64,000 bases of DNA, from NCBI GenBank assembly GCA_046583195.1, contig JAYGCV010000128.1, positions 10,113 through 74,112 on the forward strand. Direction: 5' to 3'. Numbering within the stretch: position 1 is the stretch's first letter; each line of letters opens with the position of its first letter. The notes under the pieces are model-generated. The model was not told where the DNA came from, did no database searches, and worked only from the letters and a program-made list of their open reading frames with translations. Shown here piece by piece: positions 9,016 through 18,262 of the stretch. A program made the position numbers and the translations under genes. This DNA is from Myxococcota bacterium. GTDB lineage: Bacteria; Myxococcota_A; UBA9160; UBA4427.

Positions 9016-9972
9016 ATGCGATCCCACGTTCGCCAAATGGCCGGAAGCCTGTGTCTCGCGGTCGGTCTGCTAGCGCCGCTGTCGGCACAGGCCGAAGTCG
9101 ACCTGCTTGGAACCTGGTACGTCCTGATCCACTACAAGGACAGCGCCACCAACAACCCCGACGTCGACCGCTGGCTCGACCGCGTCTGGTCGATCGAGAA
9201 GAAGGGCAGCCGGCTGCAGTGGACCGAGTACCCGATCGTGGTCTTCCAGAACCAGACCGGCCGCTTCGAGCGCTACCGCGGGGTGCGCAGTCGGGTGCTC
9301 TCGGCCTGGGAGCCAAACGCCACCCAGCGAGCGCAGATCAAGAGCGGCCTCGAAATCAACTCGCGCGGAAGCAAGTCGAAGAGCCTGCGCGGCTCGTGGA
9401 AGAAGGGCTACAAGAGCACCACGCGGATGCGCACCCAGTCGGCGAACGTGATCGGATACGTCGAGAACTGGAGCATTGAAGACGCCGAAACCAACCCGAT
9501 CTTCACCTTCGATGACATGATGGGGAGCGGCCGCACCGAGAACCTCGAGGGCCAGACGCGATACGAGACCCAAAAAATCGAGGAAAACGGCGACCTTCTC
9601 AGAGGCCAATACAACCGCGATGACAATCGCGCCGGCACCTTCCAGCTGATGCGAGCGGGCTCGGTGGCGCGCGTGGCCGGGAAGAGCGATCGCGTGAAGA
9701 AGGAGCGACAACGCCTCTTCCTCGAGGGTCTCGAGCGCCTGGAGGAAGAGCAGGAGGGGGGACCCAGCTCGAGTTCGAAGGCGCTGAAGGAGTACATCGA
9801 CGCGCTCGACACGTCCGAGCGGCACTGGCTCGAGGATCGACTGGCGGGTCGGCCGATGCAGGAATGGGGTGTCGTCATCCAGAAGCACTTCCGTTCGCTG
9901 CCCAAGAGCGAGCAGAAGAGACTCGCCGGGCATCTCGAGGCGCTCGAGCGCGCCTTCTCGTCGGAGAACTAG
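9016..9972 (+). CDS. secreted hypothetical protein
   Basis: GGAGGGA lies 8 nt upstream of the ATG at 9016. The signal peptide is MRSHVRQMAGSLCLAVGLLAPLSAQA|EV. The composition looks coding, with a Lys/Glu-rich C-terminal helical part. I recognise no family. Confidence 0.65.
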   Translation: MRSHVRQMAGSLCLAVGLLAPLSAQAEVDLLGTWYVLIHYKDSATNNPDVDRWLDRVWSIEKKGSRLQWTEYPIVVFQNQTGRFERYRGVRSRVLSAWEPNATQRAQIKSGLEINSRGSKSKSLRGSWKKGYKSTTRMRTQSANVIGYVENWSIEDAETNPIFTFDDMMGSGRTENLEGQTRYETQKIEENGDLLRGQYNRDDNRAGTFQLMRAGSVARVAGKSDRVKKERQRLFLEGLERLEEEQEGGPSSSSKALKEYIDALDTSERHWLEDRLAGRPMQEWGVVIQKHFRSLPKSEQKRLAGHLEALERAFSSEN

Positions 9973-9973
9973 G

Positions 9974-10477
9974 GTGCCGGCGCACCCGAGGCGCAAAGCG
10001 TCTCGCCTCACCGGTCGAATCTTCGTGCCCGGTGTGCGCGAACTCGACCGCGTCGCTGCCCTTTGGACCGCGCTCAGCGGCGAGCACGCGGCGCTCGATC
10101 CCTCCTGGAAACCGCGAGCGGGTTCGAGCGAGGCACTGAGGCAGCTGGTTCTGCGGATGCACCGCGACCCCGAGACACTCATCCTGCTCTATGCAGTGGA
10201 GGACGAGATCGAGGGGCTTTGCATCGCTCGGATCGACGAGGCACCGCCGATTCTCGAGGAAGTGCGCCGCGCCGAGATCAGCGACCTCCTGGTGCGCAAG
10301 GACAGCCGACGCCAGGGCATCGGGAGCGACCTGGTGGCGGATGCCCTTGCCTGGATCGCCTCGCGCGGGGTGAGGCGAATCGAGATTCGGGTGGCGGTCG
10401 ACAACGCCGAGGGCCAGGGCTTCTGGCGTGCGCGCGGCTTCACGCCCCACGTGGACGTGCTCCAGAAAAGGTTCTAA
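9974..10477 (+). CDS. GNAT-family N-acetyltransferase
   Basis: Acetyl-CoA binding motif LLVRKDSRRQGIGSDLVADALAWIASRG. A GTG at 9974 lies just after the upstream stop. The ORF-track start at 9869 would overlap the previous gene. Confidence 0.75.
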   Translation: MPAHPRRKASRLTGRIFVPGVRELDRVAALWTALSGEHAALDPSWKPRAGSSEALRQLVLRMHRDPETLILLYAVEDEIEGLCIARIDEAPPILEEVRRAEISDLLVRKDSRRQGIGSDLVADALAWIASRGVRRIEIRVAVDNAEGQGFWRARGFTPHVDVLQKRF

Positions 10478-10538
10478 GGTCGCCGGTCGCTTCCCGCCCC
10501 CGCCGGGCTCCCGGCCCCATCTATCCCAGAGGTACGCG

Positions 10539-11870
10539 ATGACTCCCCCCAACCGCAAGCGAACCCCCCTGGCCCAGGCGCTCAACGGGAGCCTCGAGAA
10601 GTCCGCCCCCGAGGTGCTGGGGATGCTCTCGGATCTGGGTCAGGCCCTCTACTTTCCAAAGGGCATCCTGTCGCAGACTGCCGAAGCGAAGCAGAAAGCA
10701 CACCGCTTCAACGCCACCATCGGCACCGCGACCGAGGGCGGCGCCCCGATGTATCTGCCCTCGATGCACGCCCAACTGGGCGATCTCGACCCCACCGAGG
10801 TTTATCCCTACGCCCCGCCGGCCGGGCGACCCGGCCTGCGCAAACGCTGGCGCGAGAAGCTCCTGGCCGAGAATCCCTCGCTTGCCGGGAAGGAATTTGG
10901 ACTCCCGGTCACGACTGCCGCCATCACCCATGGCCTCGCGCTGGTGGGCGATCTCTTCGTGGACGCCGGCGACGTGATTCTGCTCCCCGACCAACTCTGG
11001 GGAAACTATCGGCTGACCTACGAAGTGCGGCTGGGAGCGCGCATCGAGACCTACTCGTTCTACAAGGATGGAGGCTTTGATTGCGAGGCCTTCGCCGCCG
11101 GGCTGGAGCGCGCTTCCGAGGGGCGCGAGAAGCTGATCGTGCTGCTCAATTTTCCCAACAACCCGACTGGCTACATGCCCACCGAGGCCGAGGGCGAAGC
11201 CATGGTGGCGGCGCTGTTGGCCCAGGCCGAAAAGGGAACGAAGCTGGTCGTGGTCCTCGACGACGCCTACTTCGGGCTCTTCTACCACCTGGGCGGGCCG
11301 TCGATGACCGAGTCGCTTTTCGGACGGCTGGCCGGTCGGCACCCGAACCTGCTGGCGGTGAAGCTCGACGGCGCCACCAAGGAACTCTTCGTCTGGGGGC
11401 TGCGCTGCGGTTTCATTACCTTTGGCCCCGGGCGCCCCGAGAGTGCGGCCGACGTCTGCGCGGTGCTCGACGCCAAGACCCGGGGAGCAATTCGCGGGGG
11501 CATCTCGAACGTTTCGCAGCTCTCCCAGTCGCTAGTCGAGCGCGCGCTGGTATCCGATTCGATCGCGCGTGAGCGCGCGGAGAAGTGCGAGATCCTGCGG
11601 GCGCGTGCCCAGCGCGTACACGAGGTGGTCTTTGAACCTCGTTTCACCGACAGCTGGGAGGTCTATCCCTTCAACAGCGGCTACTTCATGTGCCTGAAGG
11701 TGCGCGGCGTCGAGGCCGAGACGCTCCGGCTGAACCTCCTCGACGAGTACGGGATCGGCCTGATCGCCACCGGGAAGCACGATATCCGGGTGGCCTTCTC
11801 GTGCCTCGAGGTCGAGGACGTCGAGCCGCTCTTCGAGGCGCTCTCCGAGGCGATTCAGAAGCTCCAGTAG
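10539..11870 (+). CDS. class I/II PLP-dependent aminotransferase
   Basis: Start MTPPNRK (ATG 10539). Motifs: LLNFPNNPTGYMPT, DDAYFGLFY, and the Lys region GATKELFVWGLRCGFITF. Confidence 0.85.
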   Translation: MTPPNRKRTPLAQALNGSLEKSAPEVLGMLSDLGQALYFPKGILSQTAEAKQKAHRFNATIGTATEGGAPMYLPSMHAQLGDLDPTEVYPYAPPAGRPGLRKRWREKLLAENPSLAGKEFGLPVTTAAITHGLALVGDLFVDAGDVILLPDQLWGNYRLTYEVRLGARIETYSFYKDGGFDCEAFAAGLERASEGREKLIVLLNFPNNPTGYMPTEAEGEAMVAALLAQAEKGTKLVVVLDDAYFGLFYHLGGPSMTESLFGRLAGRHPNLLAVKLDGATKELFVWGLRCGFITFGPGRPESAADVCAVLDAKTRGAIRGGISNVSQLSQSLVERALVSDSIARERAEKCEILRARAQRVHEVVFEPRFTDSWEVYPFNSGYFMCLKVRGVEAETLRLNLLDEYGIGLIATGKHDIRVAFSCLEVEDVEPLFEALSEAIQKLQ

Positions 11871-12022
11871 CCTCGCGGCGGCGCCTCTTGGCCCCGCGGG
11901 GGAAATCCGCAGTCGCACCGAAGCGGAATGGGTGCGAACTGCGACCCGAGGTGCGGTACGCTTCGGCTTGCCGAAACCCGGTTTCGCAGCCTGCCACCCT
12001 CCCTCCCCTAGAGGACGACTCG

Positions 12023-13432
12023 TTGGCAAAACCCCGTCACAGTAGGCGCAGCCCCATCTCGCTGCGCGGGGTCGGCCTTGGGCTGACGATCGGTCTGGCG
12101 CTGGGCTGGTTTCTCTTTGCCCCGTCGATGTCGGTCGCTCCCGGAGACGAAGCGCTTCTGGCAGCCATGCCGGTAGCCCTCGGAGATTCCGACGCCGGGG
12201 TCGATGGCGGCGCGTCCAAAGCCGGCATGGGCGGCCCGCTGGGCCCTTCGTTGCCGCCGGGCTGGGCGCACGATCTCGCCGCCTCGATCATGGCGAAAAG
12301 TGGCGAGTCGAAGAGCGCCGTTCTCTCGGGTCGACTCGAGCGAGGCGAATCGCTGACGCGGGCCCTCGGCCGCTACGGGGTTCCGCAGGCGACGGTCACG
12401 CTGATCGCCAACGAGCTTCGTTCGCTCTTCGATTTCCGGGACTCGCGGCCCGGCGACTACTACCGGGTCGAGCTCGACCAAGACGGGCGCGTCCAGGATT
12501 TCGTCTACGTGAATGCCAATGAGGGGCCGCTGCACCTCTATTGGGACGGCGCGCGCTACCACGCGGAAGTCGAAAAGCGCGAGGTAGAGATCCGCACCGA
12601 GCGCATTGCCGGGGTCGTCGAAAACACGCTCTACGAGGCGATCCTCGCCCTCGGCGAGGATCCCCAACTCGCCAACGCCTTCTCCGAGGTCTTCACCTGG
12701 GAAATCGATTTCCGGCGCGGCGTCCGCCCGGGCGACAGCTTCAGCGCGGTTTACGAACGCGCCTACGAAAAGACTTCCGACGGGGGCGAACGCTACGTCG
12801 GTCTGGGCCGCATCCTGGCCGCGACCTACGTGGGTACCGCCGGCGACTACACCGCCTACCACTACAAGGCGAAGAACAAGCCGAGCGGCTATTACCGCGC
12901 CGACGGCACTTCGCTCGAAGGCCGCTTTCTCTTCCGCCCGGTCGAAACCGGGCGTATCAGCTCGGGCTATAGCAACGCGCGACGCCACCCGATCCTCAAG
13001 GTCACCCGACCCCACCACGGGATCGACTGGGCCGCCCCGCGCGGTTCGCCGGTCTGGGCGGTGGCGAGCGGCGAAGTCATCTTCCGCGGCCGCAACGGGA
13101 GCTTCGGCAACCTGGTCAAGATCCGCCACGAGAACGGCTACGTCTCCTATTACGGCCACCTCGAGGGCTTCCCGGGCAGTCTGCGCGTGGGCGATCACGT
13201 GCGCCAGAAGCAGGTGATCGGCTTCGTCGGGTCGACCGGACTCTCCACCGGGCCGCACGTAGATTTCCGCATGAAGAAGGGCGGGCGTTTCGTCAATCCG
13301 CGGAAAGTCAAAAGCTCGGCGGGGCCGTCGGTCGCGAAGGAAGATTGGAGCGACTTCCAACTGAGGCGCGACGAATTGACCGCCCGGTTGCTCGGCTCGC
13401 GACTTGCTGCGAACGAAAAACCCTCGACTTAG
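12023..13432 (+). CDS. M23-family metallopeptidase (MepM/YebA-like, N-terminal membrane anchor)
   Basis: C-terminal LytM motifs (HHGIDWAAPRGSPVWA, GNLVKIRHENGYVSYYGHL, GSTGLSTGPHVDF). TM segment GVGLGLTIGLALGWFLF. The proposed TTG start at 12023 is preceded by GAGGA; the start is uncertain. Confidence 0.8.
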   Translation: MAKPRHSRRSPISLRGVGLGLTIGLALGWFLFAPSMSVAPGDEALLAAMPVALGDSDAGVDGGASKAGMGGPLGPSLPPGWAHDLAASIMAKSGESKSAVLSGRLERGESLTRALGRYGVPQATVTLIANELRSLFDFRDSRPGDYYRVELDQDGRVQDFVYVNANEGPLHLYWDGARYHAEVEKREVEIRTERIAGVVENTLYEAILALGEDPQLANAFSEVFTWEIDFRRGVRPGDSFSAVYERAYEKTSDGGERYVGLGRILAATYVGTAGDYTAYHYKAKNKPSGYYRADGTSLEGRFLFRPVETGRISSGYSNARRHPILKVTRPHHGIDWAAPRGSPVWAVASGEVIFRGRNGSFGNLVKIRHENGYVSYYGHLEGFPGSLRVGDHVRQKQVIGFVGSTGLSTGPHVDFRMKKGGRFVNPRKVKSSAGPSVAKEDWSDFQLRRDELTARLLGSRLAANEKPST

Positions 13433-13441
13433 CGGGAACCG

Positions 13442-13559
13442 CCGAAAAACGGGGACGGGTTTTCTTTTTTCCTTTTATCTTTTTCTCCTCGCCCCTCGCG
13501 TCAGCTTGCGCGTAGAAAAAGACAAAAGGAAAAAAAGAAAACCCGTCCCCGTTTTTCGG
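13442..13559. repeat. near-perfect ~45-bp inverted repeat (long hairpin) with polypyrimidine/polypurine arms; probable terminator or MITE-like element
   Basis: Left arm 13442-13486 is ccgaaaaacggggacgggttttcttttttccttttatctttttct. The right arm 13514-13559 is its reverse complement with one extra T and one A/C mismatch. The loop is 27 nt. The element is AT-rich in a GC-rich genome. Confidence 0.85.
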
Positions 13560-13584
13560 TCCGCGTTTTTCGCAGGAGGCGCTG

Positions 13585-14007
13585 GTGGGACTCGAATCAC
13601 GGATCGCCCGCCTGGGACGCGAACTCGGAGAGCGCGAGTCGTCCCACGCTGCGGCCCTCGAAACAGCGCGCGAGCGCGCGACCGAGCTGCATGCGCAGGT
13701 CGAAGCGGCGATGGAGGGGTTCCACGCAGCGGCAGCGACCGCCGGGTCGCCGCACCTGCGCATCGAAGTCGGCCGCCCGAGGCTCGACGAGAAACACGTT
13801 CGCGCGGTCGAATTCGAGGTGCAGCGCGGGCGCACGCGGGGCCTCTTCGTGGTGAAGGCCCGCGGCGACGTCACGCTGGTGGGTCCGTTCGCCACGGGCA
13901 AGGCCGAGGGGCCCTGCCAGAGCATCGACTTCGAGGATTCGACCGCGCTGGCAGTGGCCGTCGAGGATTTCCTGTGTCGGTTTCTCGAAGCCGCGGCCCA
14001 GCCCTGA
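13585..14007 (+). CDS. hypothetical protein
   Basis: 140-aa GTG-initiated ORF with protein-like composition (N-terminal helical part, then a beta-rich part). It fits exactly between the hairpin and yjjX. No family recognised. Confidence 0.5.
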   Translation: MGLESRIARLGRELGERESSHAAALETARERATELHAQVEAAMEGFHAAAATAGSPHLRIEVGRPRLDEKHVRAVEFEVQRGRTRGLFVVKARGDVTLVGPFATGKAEGPCQSIDFEDSTALAVAVEDFLCRFLEAAAQP

Positions 14008-14072
14008 TGGCAGGGGCGCCGCAGTCTGAACGATCGGGCGTCCCGGTAGGCAGCGTTGCGACCTGGCGTCGC

Positions 14073-14690
14073 GTGCGCGTGGGCTCGATGCAGCCGGCGA
14101 AGCTCGGCGCGGTGCGTGAAGCGCTCGCTGCCTTTGCTGATGACGTCGACGTTACGGGCGTGGTGGTCGAAAGTGGGGTCGCCGAACAGCCGCTGGGCTT
14201 TTCGGAAATCGTTCGCGGGGCGCGCAACCGGGCGCACGCGGCGCGCGCCAGCGGCGACTGCGATCTCGCTGTCGGGATCGAGGACGGGCTCGTGGTGATC
14301 GACTCGCTGGGCGGAGCGGTGCTCAACATTGGCTGCGCCTGGCTGTGCAACGCCGAGCGCGATTCGTTTGGATTTTCGTCGGGGTTTTCCTACCCACCCG
14401 CTTGCGAGGGCGCAGCGGTGGATCGACGCGAGCCCATTGGAGAACTCTTCGACGCCCTCTGGCGGGATCGTCAAAAAACCAGTCCCGGGGGCTCGTCCTT
14501 GGCTGGCCCTTCGGGTTCTGGTGAGGGCAACATCGGACGTCTCACCGGGGGCGTGTTGACACGCACCGAGTACGGAAAGCAGGCGGTGCTCTGCGCTCTG
14601 GTGCGGTTTCTACACCCCGACCTGTATCCCGCCGAGCCGGGTGCGATGCTCCCGGAATGTCCGAAATCGGTGTTAGAGGAACCTCGTTGA
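14073..14690 (+). CDS. yjjX: inosine/xanthosine triphosphatase (YjjX/DUF84 NTPase)
   Basis: The GTG at 14073 gives (M)RVGSMQPAKLGAVREAL...VESGVAEQPLGFSEIVRGARNRA, which matches the YjjX pattern (STNPAK...VxSGVxEQP...GAxNR). Confidence 0.8.
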   Translation: MRVGSMQPAKLGAVREALAAFADDVDVTGVVVESGVAEQPLGFSEIVRGARNRAHAARASGDCDLAVGIEDGLVVIDSLGGAVLNIGCAWLCNAERDSFGFSSGFSYPPACEGAAVDRREPIGELFDALWRDRQKTSPGGSSLAGPSGSGEGNIGRLTGGVLTRTEYGKQAVLCALVRFLHPDLYPAEPGAMLPECPKSVLEEPR

Positions 14691-16042
14691 GCACCTCCCA
14701 GGACCCCGCCCAGAGCCGGCCGCTCGACTCGGTCGACGAGCTCGTCGACTACTTCCGTTCGGGTGAAAAACCACCGTCGGAATGGAAGGTCGGCACCGAG
14801 CACGAGAAGATCGGCGTGTACGAGGACACCGGGGAGCGCGTTCCCTACGAGGGGGAGCGCGGCATTGGTGTCCTGCTCGAACGCATTGCTTCGAGCGATG
14901 GTTGGGAACGGATTCGAGAAGACGGGAACACCGTGGCACTGGTGAAGCAAGGTGCCAGCATCACCCTCGAACCGGGGGGGCAGCTCGAACTCTCCGGCGC
15001 GCCGCTTCGAACATCCCGGGAAACTTGTTCCGAGTTTACCAGGCACGTAGAACTGGTGAAGCGCGAATCGCGCGATCTCGGGATTGTCTGGCTCGCCCTC
15101 GGTATCGATCCGATACACCGCATCGACGCGATCCCGAAGATGCCGAAGGGGCGCTACGAGATCATGGCCTCGTACCTGCCGCAGCGGGGGGCGCGGGCGC
15201 TTCACATGATGTTCGCCACCGCCACGGTCCAGGCGAATTTCGACTACGAGAACGAAGCCGACATGGCGCGGAAGATGCGCGCCGCCATGGGCTGCACGCC
15301 GATCACGTCGGCGCTCTTTGCAAACGCAGCGATCTCAGAGGGCGGCCCGAACGGCCGGGCCTCCCTGCGCGTGGCGATCTGGAGAGAGGTCGATCCCGAC
15401 CGCTGCGGTTTTCTCGACTTCGTGTTTCGCGACGACTTCGGCTACCGCACCTACGCCGAGTGGGCGCTCGACGTGCCGATGTTCTTCGTGGTTCGGGACG
15501 GAACCTATCGCTTCGCCCGGGGCACCACCTTCCGCCAGTTCATGCAATCGGGCTTCGAGGGCGAAGCGGCCACCCTGGCGGACTGGGATCTCCACCTCAC
15601 CACCCTCTTCCCGGAAATCCGCCTCAAGCGCTTCATCGAAGTCCGCGGAACCGACTGCGTTCCTCCCGAGCTGATCTGCGGAGTGCCGGCGCTGTGGAAG
15701 GGGTTGCTCTACGACAGCGCTGCCTGCGCGGAGGTGACGGAACTGGTGTCGAGTTGGGGGCGCGAGGAACGCGAAGCCTGCCTCGAAAGCGCCTCCTTGC
15801 ACGGACTCGCCGGCGACGTCGCCGGCCGACCGATGCTCGCCTGGGCGACCGACCTGGTATCCATCGCGCGGCAGGGCCTCGGCCGATTGGCGACCACCGA
15901 GGAGGGCGACGAGCGCTCCTTCCTCGAGCCGGTCGAGGCGCTTCTCGCGGCTGGGCGCAGCCCCGGAGAGTTGCTCCTCCAGCGCTGGCAGGCGGACCCT
16001 GCAAGCGGGATGCAGCGCCTCTTGAAATTCGCGCGCTACTGA
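14657..16042 (+). CDS. gshA: glutamate--cysteine ligase, GCS2 (plant/proteobacterial) type
   Basis: 461 aa with WKVGTEHEKIGV, LEPGGQLELSGAP, MPKGRYEIM, FPEIRLKRFIEVRG. An alternative TTG start at 14687 forms a TTGA overlap with the yjjX stop. Confidence 0.88.
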   Translation: MSEIGVRGTSLSTSQDPAQSRPLDSVDELVDYFRSGEKPPSEWKVGTEHEKIGVYEDTGERVPYEGERGIGVLLERIASSDGWERIREDGNTVALVKQGASITLEPGGQLELSGAPLRTSRETCSEFTRHVELVKRESRDLGIVWLALGIDPIHRIDAIPKMPKGRYEIMASYLPQRGARALHMMFATATVQANFDYENEADMARKMRAAMGCTPITSALFANAAISEGGPNGRASLRVAIWREVDPDRCGFLDFVFRDDFGYRTYAEWALDVPMFFVVRDGTYRFARGTTFRQFMQSGFEGEAATLADWDLHLTTLFPEIRLKRFIEVRGTDCVPPELICGVPALWKGLLYDSAACAEVTELVSSWGREEREACLESASLHGLAGDVAGRPMLAWATDLVSIARQGLGRLATTEEGDERSFLEPVEALLAAGRSPGELLLQRWQADPASGMQRLLKFARY

Positions 16043-16171
16043 GCGCCGCGCTGCTGGCAACCGGGGGAACCCGTCCGTACCATCCGCGCTTCCAAATTCC
16101 GATCGCATCCGGCAGCTTGCGGCATTCCCGGGGTTCGCGGTCGCAGTGACCTTTAGAAGGAGCGAAGCGGT

Positions 16172-17119
16172 ATGGGTGTCGATGCCTCGGGTGGCCACAC
16201 CCGGGTTCTGATCGTGGGCAGTGGGCCGGCGGGTTATACCGCGGCGGTCTATGCCGCAAGGGCGGGGCTCGAGCCCGTCGTCATCGCCGGCCTGGTTTCG
16301 GGCGGCCAACTGATGATCACCACCGACGTCGAGAACTATCCCGGCTTTCCCGAGGGCATCACCGGGCCCGACGTGATGGAGCGTTTTCAGAAGCAGGCCG
16401 AGCGCTTTGGGACCACGGTGATCGCCGAAGATGCCACGGAAATCGATCTTTCGAAGCGCCCTTTTCGGGTCCGGACCGATAGCGGTGTCTTCACCGGTGA
16501 CTGCCTGATCCTCGCCACCGGAGCGTCCGCCCGCTGGATGGGTCTCGAATCCGAGGAGCGGTTGCAGAACCGCGGAGTGTCGGCGTGCGCGACCTGTGAT
16601 GGCGCGCTCTTTCGCGACAAGCCGATGGCGGTGGTGGGCGGTGGGGATACCGCCATGGAAGAAGCGCTCTTCCTGACGCGCTTTGCAACCAGGGTGACGG
16701 TGGTCCATCGCCGCGGCGAGTTGCGCGCCTCGAAGATCATGCAGCAGCGTGCCCTCGACTCGGAGAAGATCGATTTCGCCTGGAACTCGGTGGTCGAAGA
16801 GGTACTCGGAGACGACTCTGTTTCCGGGGTCACGCTGCGCAACGTCCTCACCGGCGATCGCTCGGAACTCGCGGTGGAGGCGGTCTTCGTCGCGATCGGA
16901 CACCAGCCGAATACCGAACTCCTCGCTGGCCAACTCGACCTCGACGAAGCCGGCTATATCGCGACCGATGGAAGATCGACGCGAACCTCGGTCGAGGGCG
17001 TATTTGCTTGTGGCGACGTGATGGATCCCGTGTACCGTCAAGCCGTGACGGCGGCGGGAAGCGGGTGCATGTCGGCGATCGACGCGGAGCGCTGGTTGGC
17101 CGAGGCGGGAGTCGCCTAG
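16172..17119 (+). CDS. trxB: thioredoxin-disulfide reductase
   Basis: 315 aa with [10 protein letters not shown], the redox-active CATCDG, and [20 protein letters not shown] upstream. Confidence 0.95.
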   Translation: MGVDASGGHTRVLIVGSGPAGYTAAVYAARAGLEPVVIAGLVSGGQLMITTDVENYPGFPEGITGPDVMERFQKQAERFGTTVIAEDATEIDLSKRPFRVRTDSGVFTGDCLILATGASARWMGLESEERLQNRGVSACATCDGALFRDKPMAVVGGGDTAMEEALFLTRFATRVTVVHRRGELRASKIMQQRALDSEKIDFAWNSVVEEVLGDDSVSGVTLRNVLTGDRSELAVEAVFVAIGHQPNTELLAGQLDLDEAGYIATDGRSTRTSVEGVFACGDVMDPVYRQAVTAAGSGCMSAIDAERWLAEAGVA

Positions 17120-17148
17120 CGACGGACGGCTGCTGCGCGGGGGTCCTT

Positions 17149-18225
17149 TTGACGCTGTCGAAGGCAAAGCTCGAGACGCTCACCGATCATTCCACGGATA
17201 TCGTGGTGGGCACCGATCGCAAGGGCATCGTCGTCTACTACAACGACGGAGCGACTCGCAGCCTCGGTTACACGCCGGACCAGATTCTCGGCTCCCACGT
17301 TGGGAAGCTCTACCCCAGCGTCGACGAAGCGCGCAATGTGATGAACGGCTTGCGCGCCCAGCGCGGCGAAGAATCCGTTGCCCCGGCGGCTGTCCGCACC
17401 ACCTTCGTTGCAAGAGACGGCACCGAGATCCCGGTGGCGATTTCGGGGACGGTCCTCTACGACGACGACGGAGAGGAAGACGGCAGCATCGGCTACGCAA
17501 AGGATCTCCGGGAGATCCTGCGCAAGGATCAACTAGCGATCCTCGGCGAAGTCGCGATCGGTCTCTCGCACGAGATCAACAACCCGCTCGCGGTGATCCT
17601 AAACCAGGCCGAGTTGCTCGAGCGCGACGTGGATCGCCTGGCGGGCGAAGGCGATGTCTCGGTCGAATCCGAACGTCTCGACGCCATTCGTCGCGAGGTC
17701 GTCCGGGTATCGGAGATTCTCGCCCGTCTCGGCAAGATCGCGGAAGGCGACCCCTACGAAACCGTCGAGTACCAGGGCCCCGCTCGCATGATCGATCTCC
17801 GCAGCCATCGCGAAGAAGTGCGCGACCCGCTCCTGGAAGGGCTTCGCGTGCTGGTGGTCGACGACGACCTGGGCATCCGAACGACCCTGAAGGAGATTCT
17901 CGAGGGTTGGGGTTGTTCGATCGAGACCGCGGCAGACGGCCTCGAGGCCCTCGCCTGCGTCGATGCATCGGATCTCGACCTGGTCCTGTCCGACGTGGTG
18001 ATGCCGAACATGGATGGCCACGATCTCTTTCTCGCGATTCGCGAGCGTCGCCCCGGGCTGCCGGTACTGATGATGACCGCATTCCACTACGACAAGGATC
18101 ACATCTTGAAGCGCAGCCGCCTCGAGGGCCTTCCCGGGGTGATTTTCAAGAAACCCGTCGATCCCGCCCGTCTGCGCGAAGTCATGATCGAGACGATCGC
18201 GGAAGCGGGTCGCGAACCCGTTTGA
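17149..18225 (+). CDS. PAS - HisKA(DHp) - receiver protein lacking an HATPase (CA) domain
   Basis: PAS is TDIVVGTDRKGIVVYYNDGATRSLGY. The H-box is GLSHEINNPLAVI. After about 60 aa comes a canonical REC (VLVVDDD, LVLSDVVMPNMDG, MMTA, FKKP). The start is uncertain (TTG 17149 after the trxB stop). Confidence 0.75.
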   Translation: MTLSKAKLETLTDHSTDIVVGTDRKGIVVYYNDGATRSLGYTPDQILGSHVGKLYPSVDEARNVMNGLRAQRGEESVAPAAVRTTFVARDGTEIPVAISGTVLYDDDGEEDGSIGYAKDLREILRKDQLAILGEVAIGLSHEINNPLAVILNQAELLERDVDRLAGEGDVSVESERLDAIRREVVRVSEILARLGKIAEGDPYETVEYQGPARMIDLRSHREEVRDPLLEGLRVLVVDDDLGIRTTLKEILEGWGCSIETAADGLEALACVDASDLDLVLSDVVMPNMDGHDLFLAIRERRPGLPVLMMTAFHYDKDHILKRSRLEGLPGVIFKKPVDPARLREVMIETIAEAGREPV

Positions 18226-18262
18226 GGTTGCGGTTGAGTTCGCGTTCCGATTAGCGGTCGGA

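Noticed and set aside
13404-14690. 428-aa ORF read as one gene.
   Set aside because: The N-terminal two thirds run through the AT-rich hairpin and overlap ORF 13585..14007 in another frame, with Arg-rich nonsense. Only the part from GTG 14073 matches YjjX.
18226-18262. Short cgatt/ggatt direct repeats in and around the 37-nt convergent gap between the PAS-HisKA-REC gene and comF.
   Set aside because: They are very short and partly inside the comF coding end (HRESDRESNP). There is no array structure, so this is not CRISPR-like.
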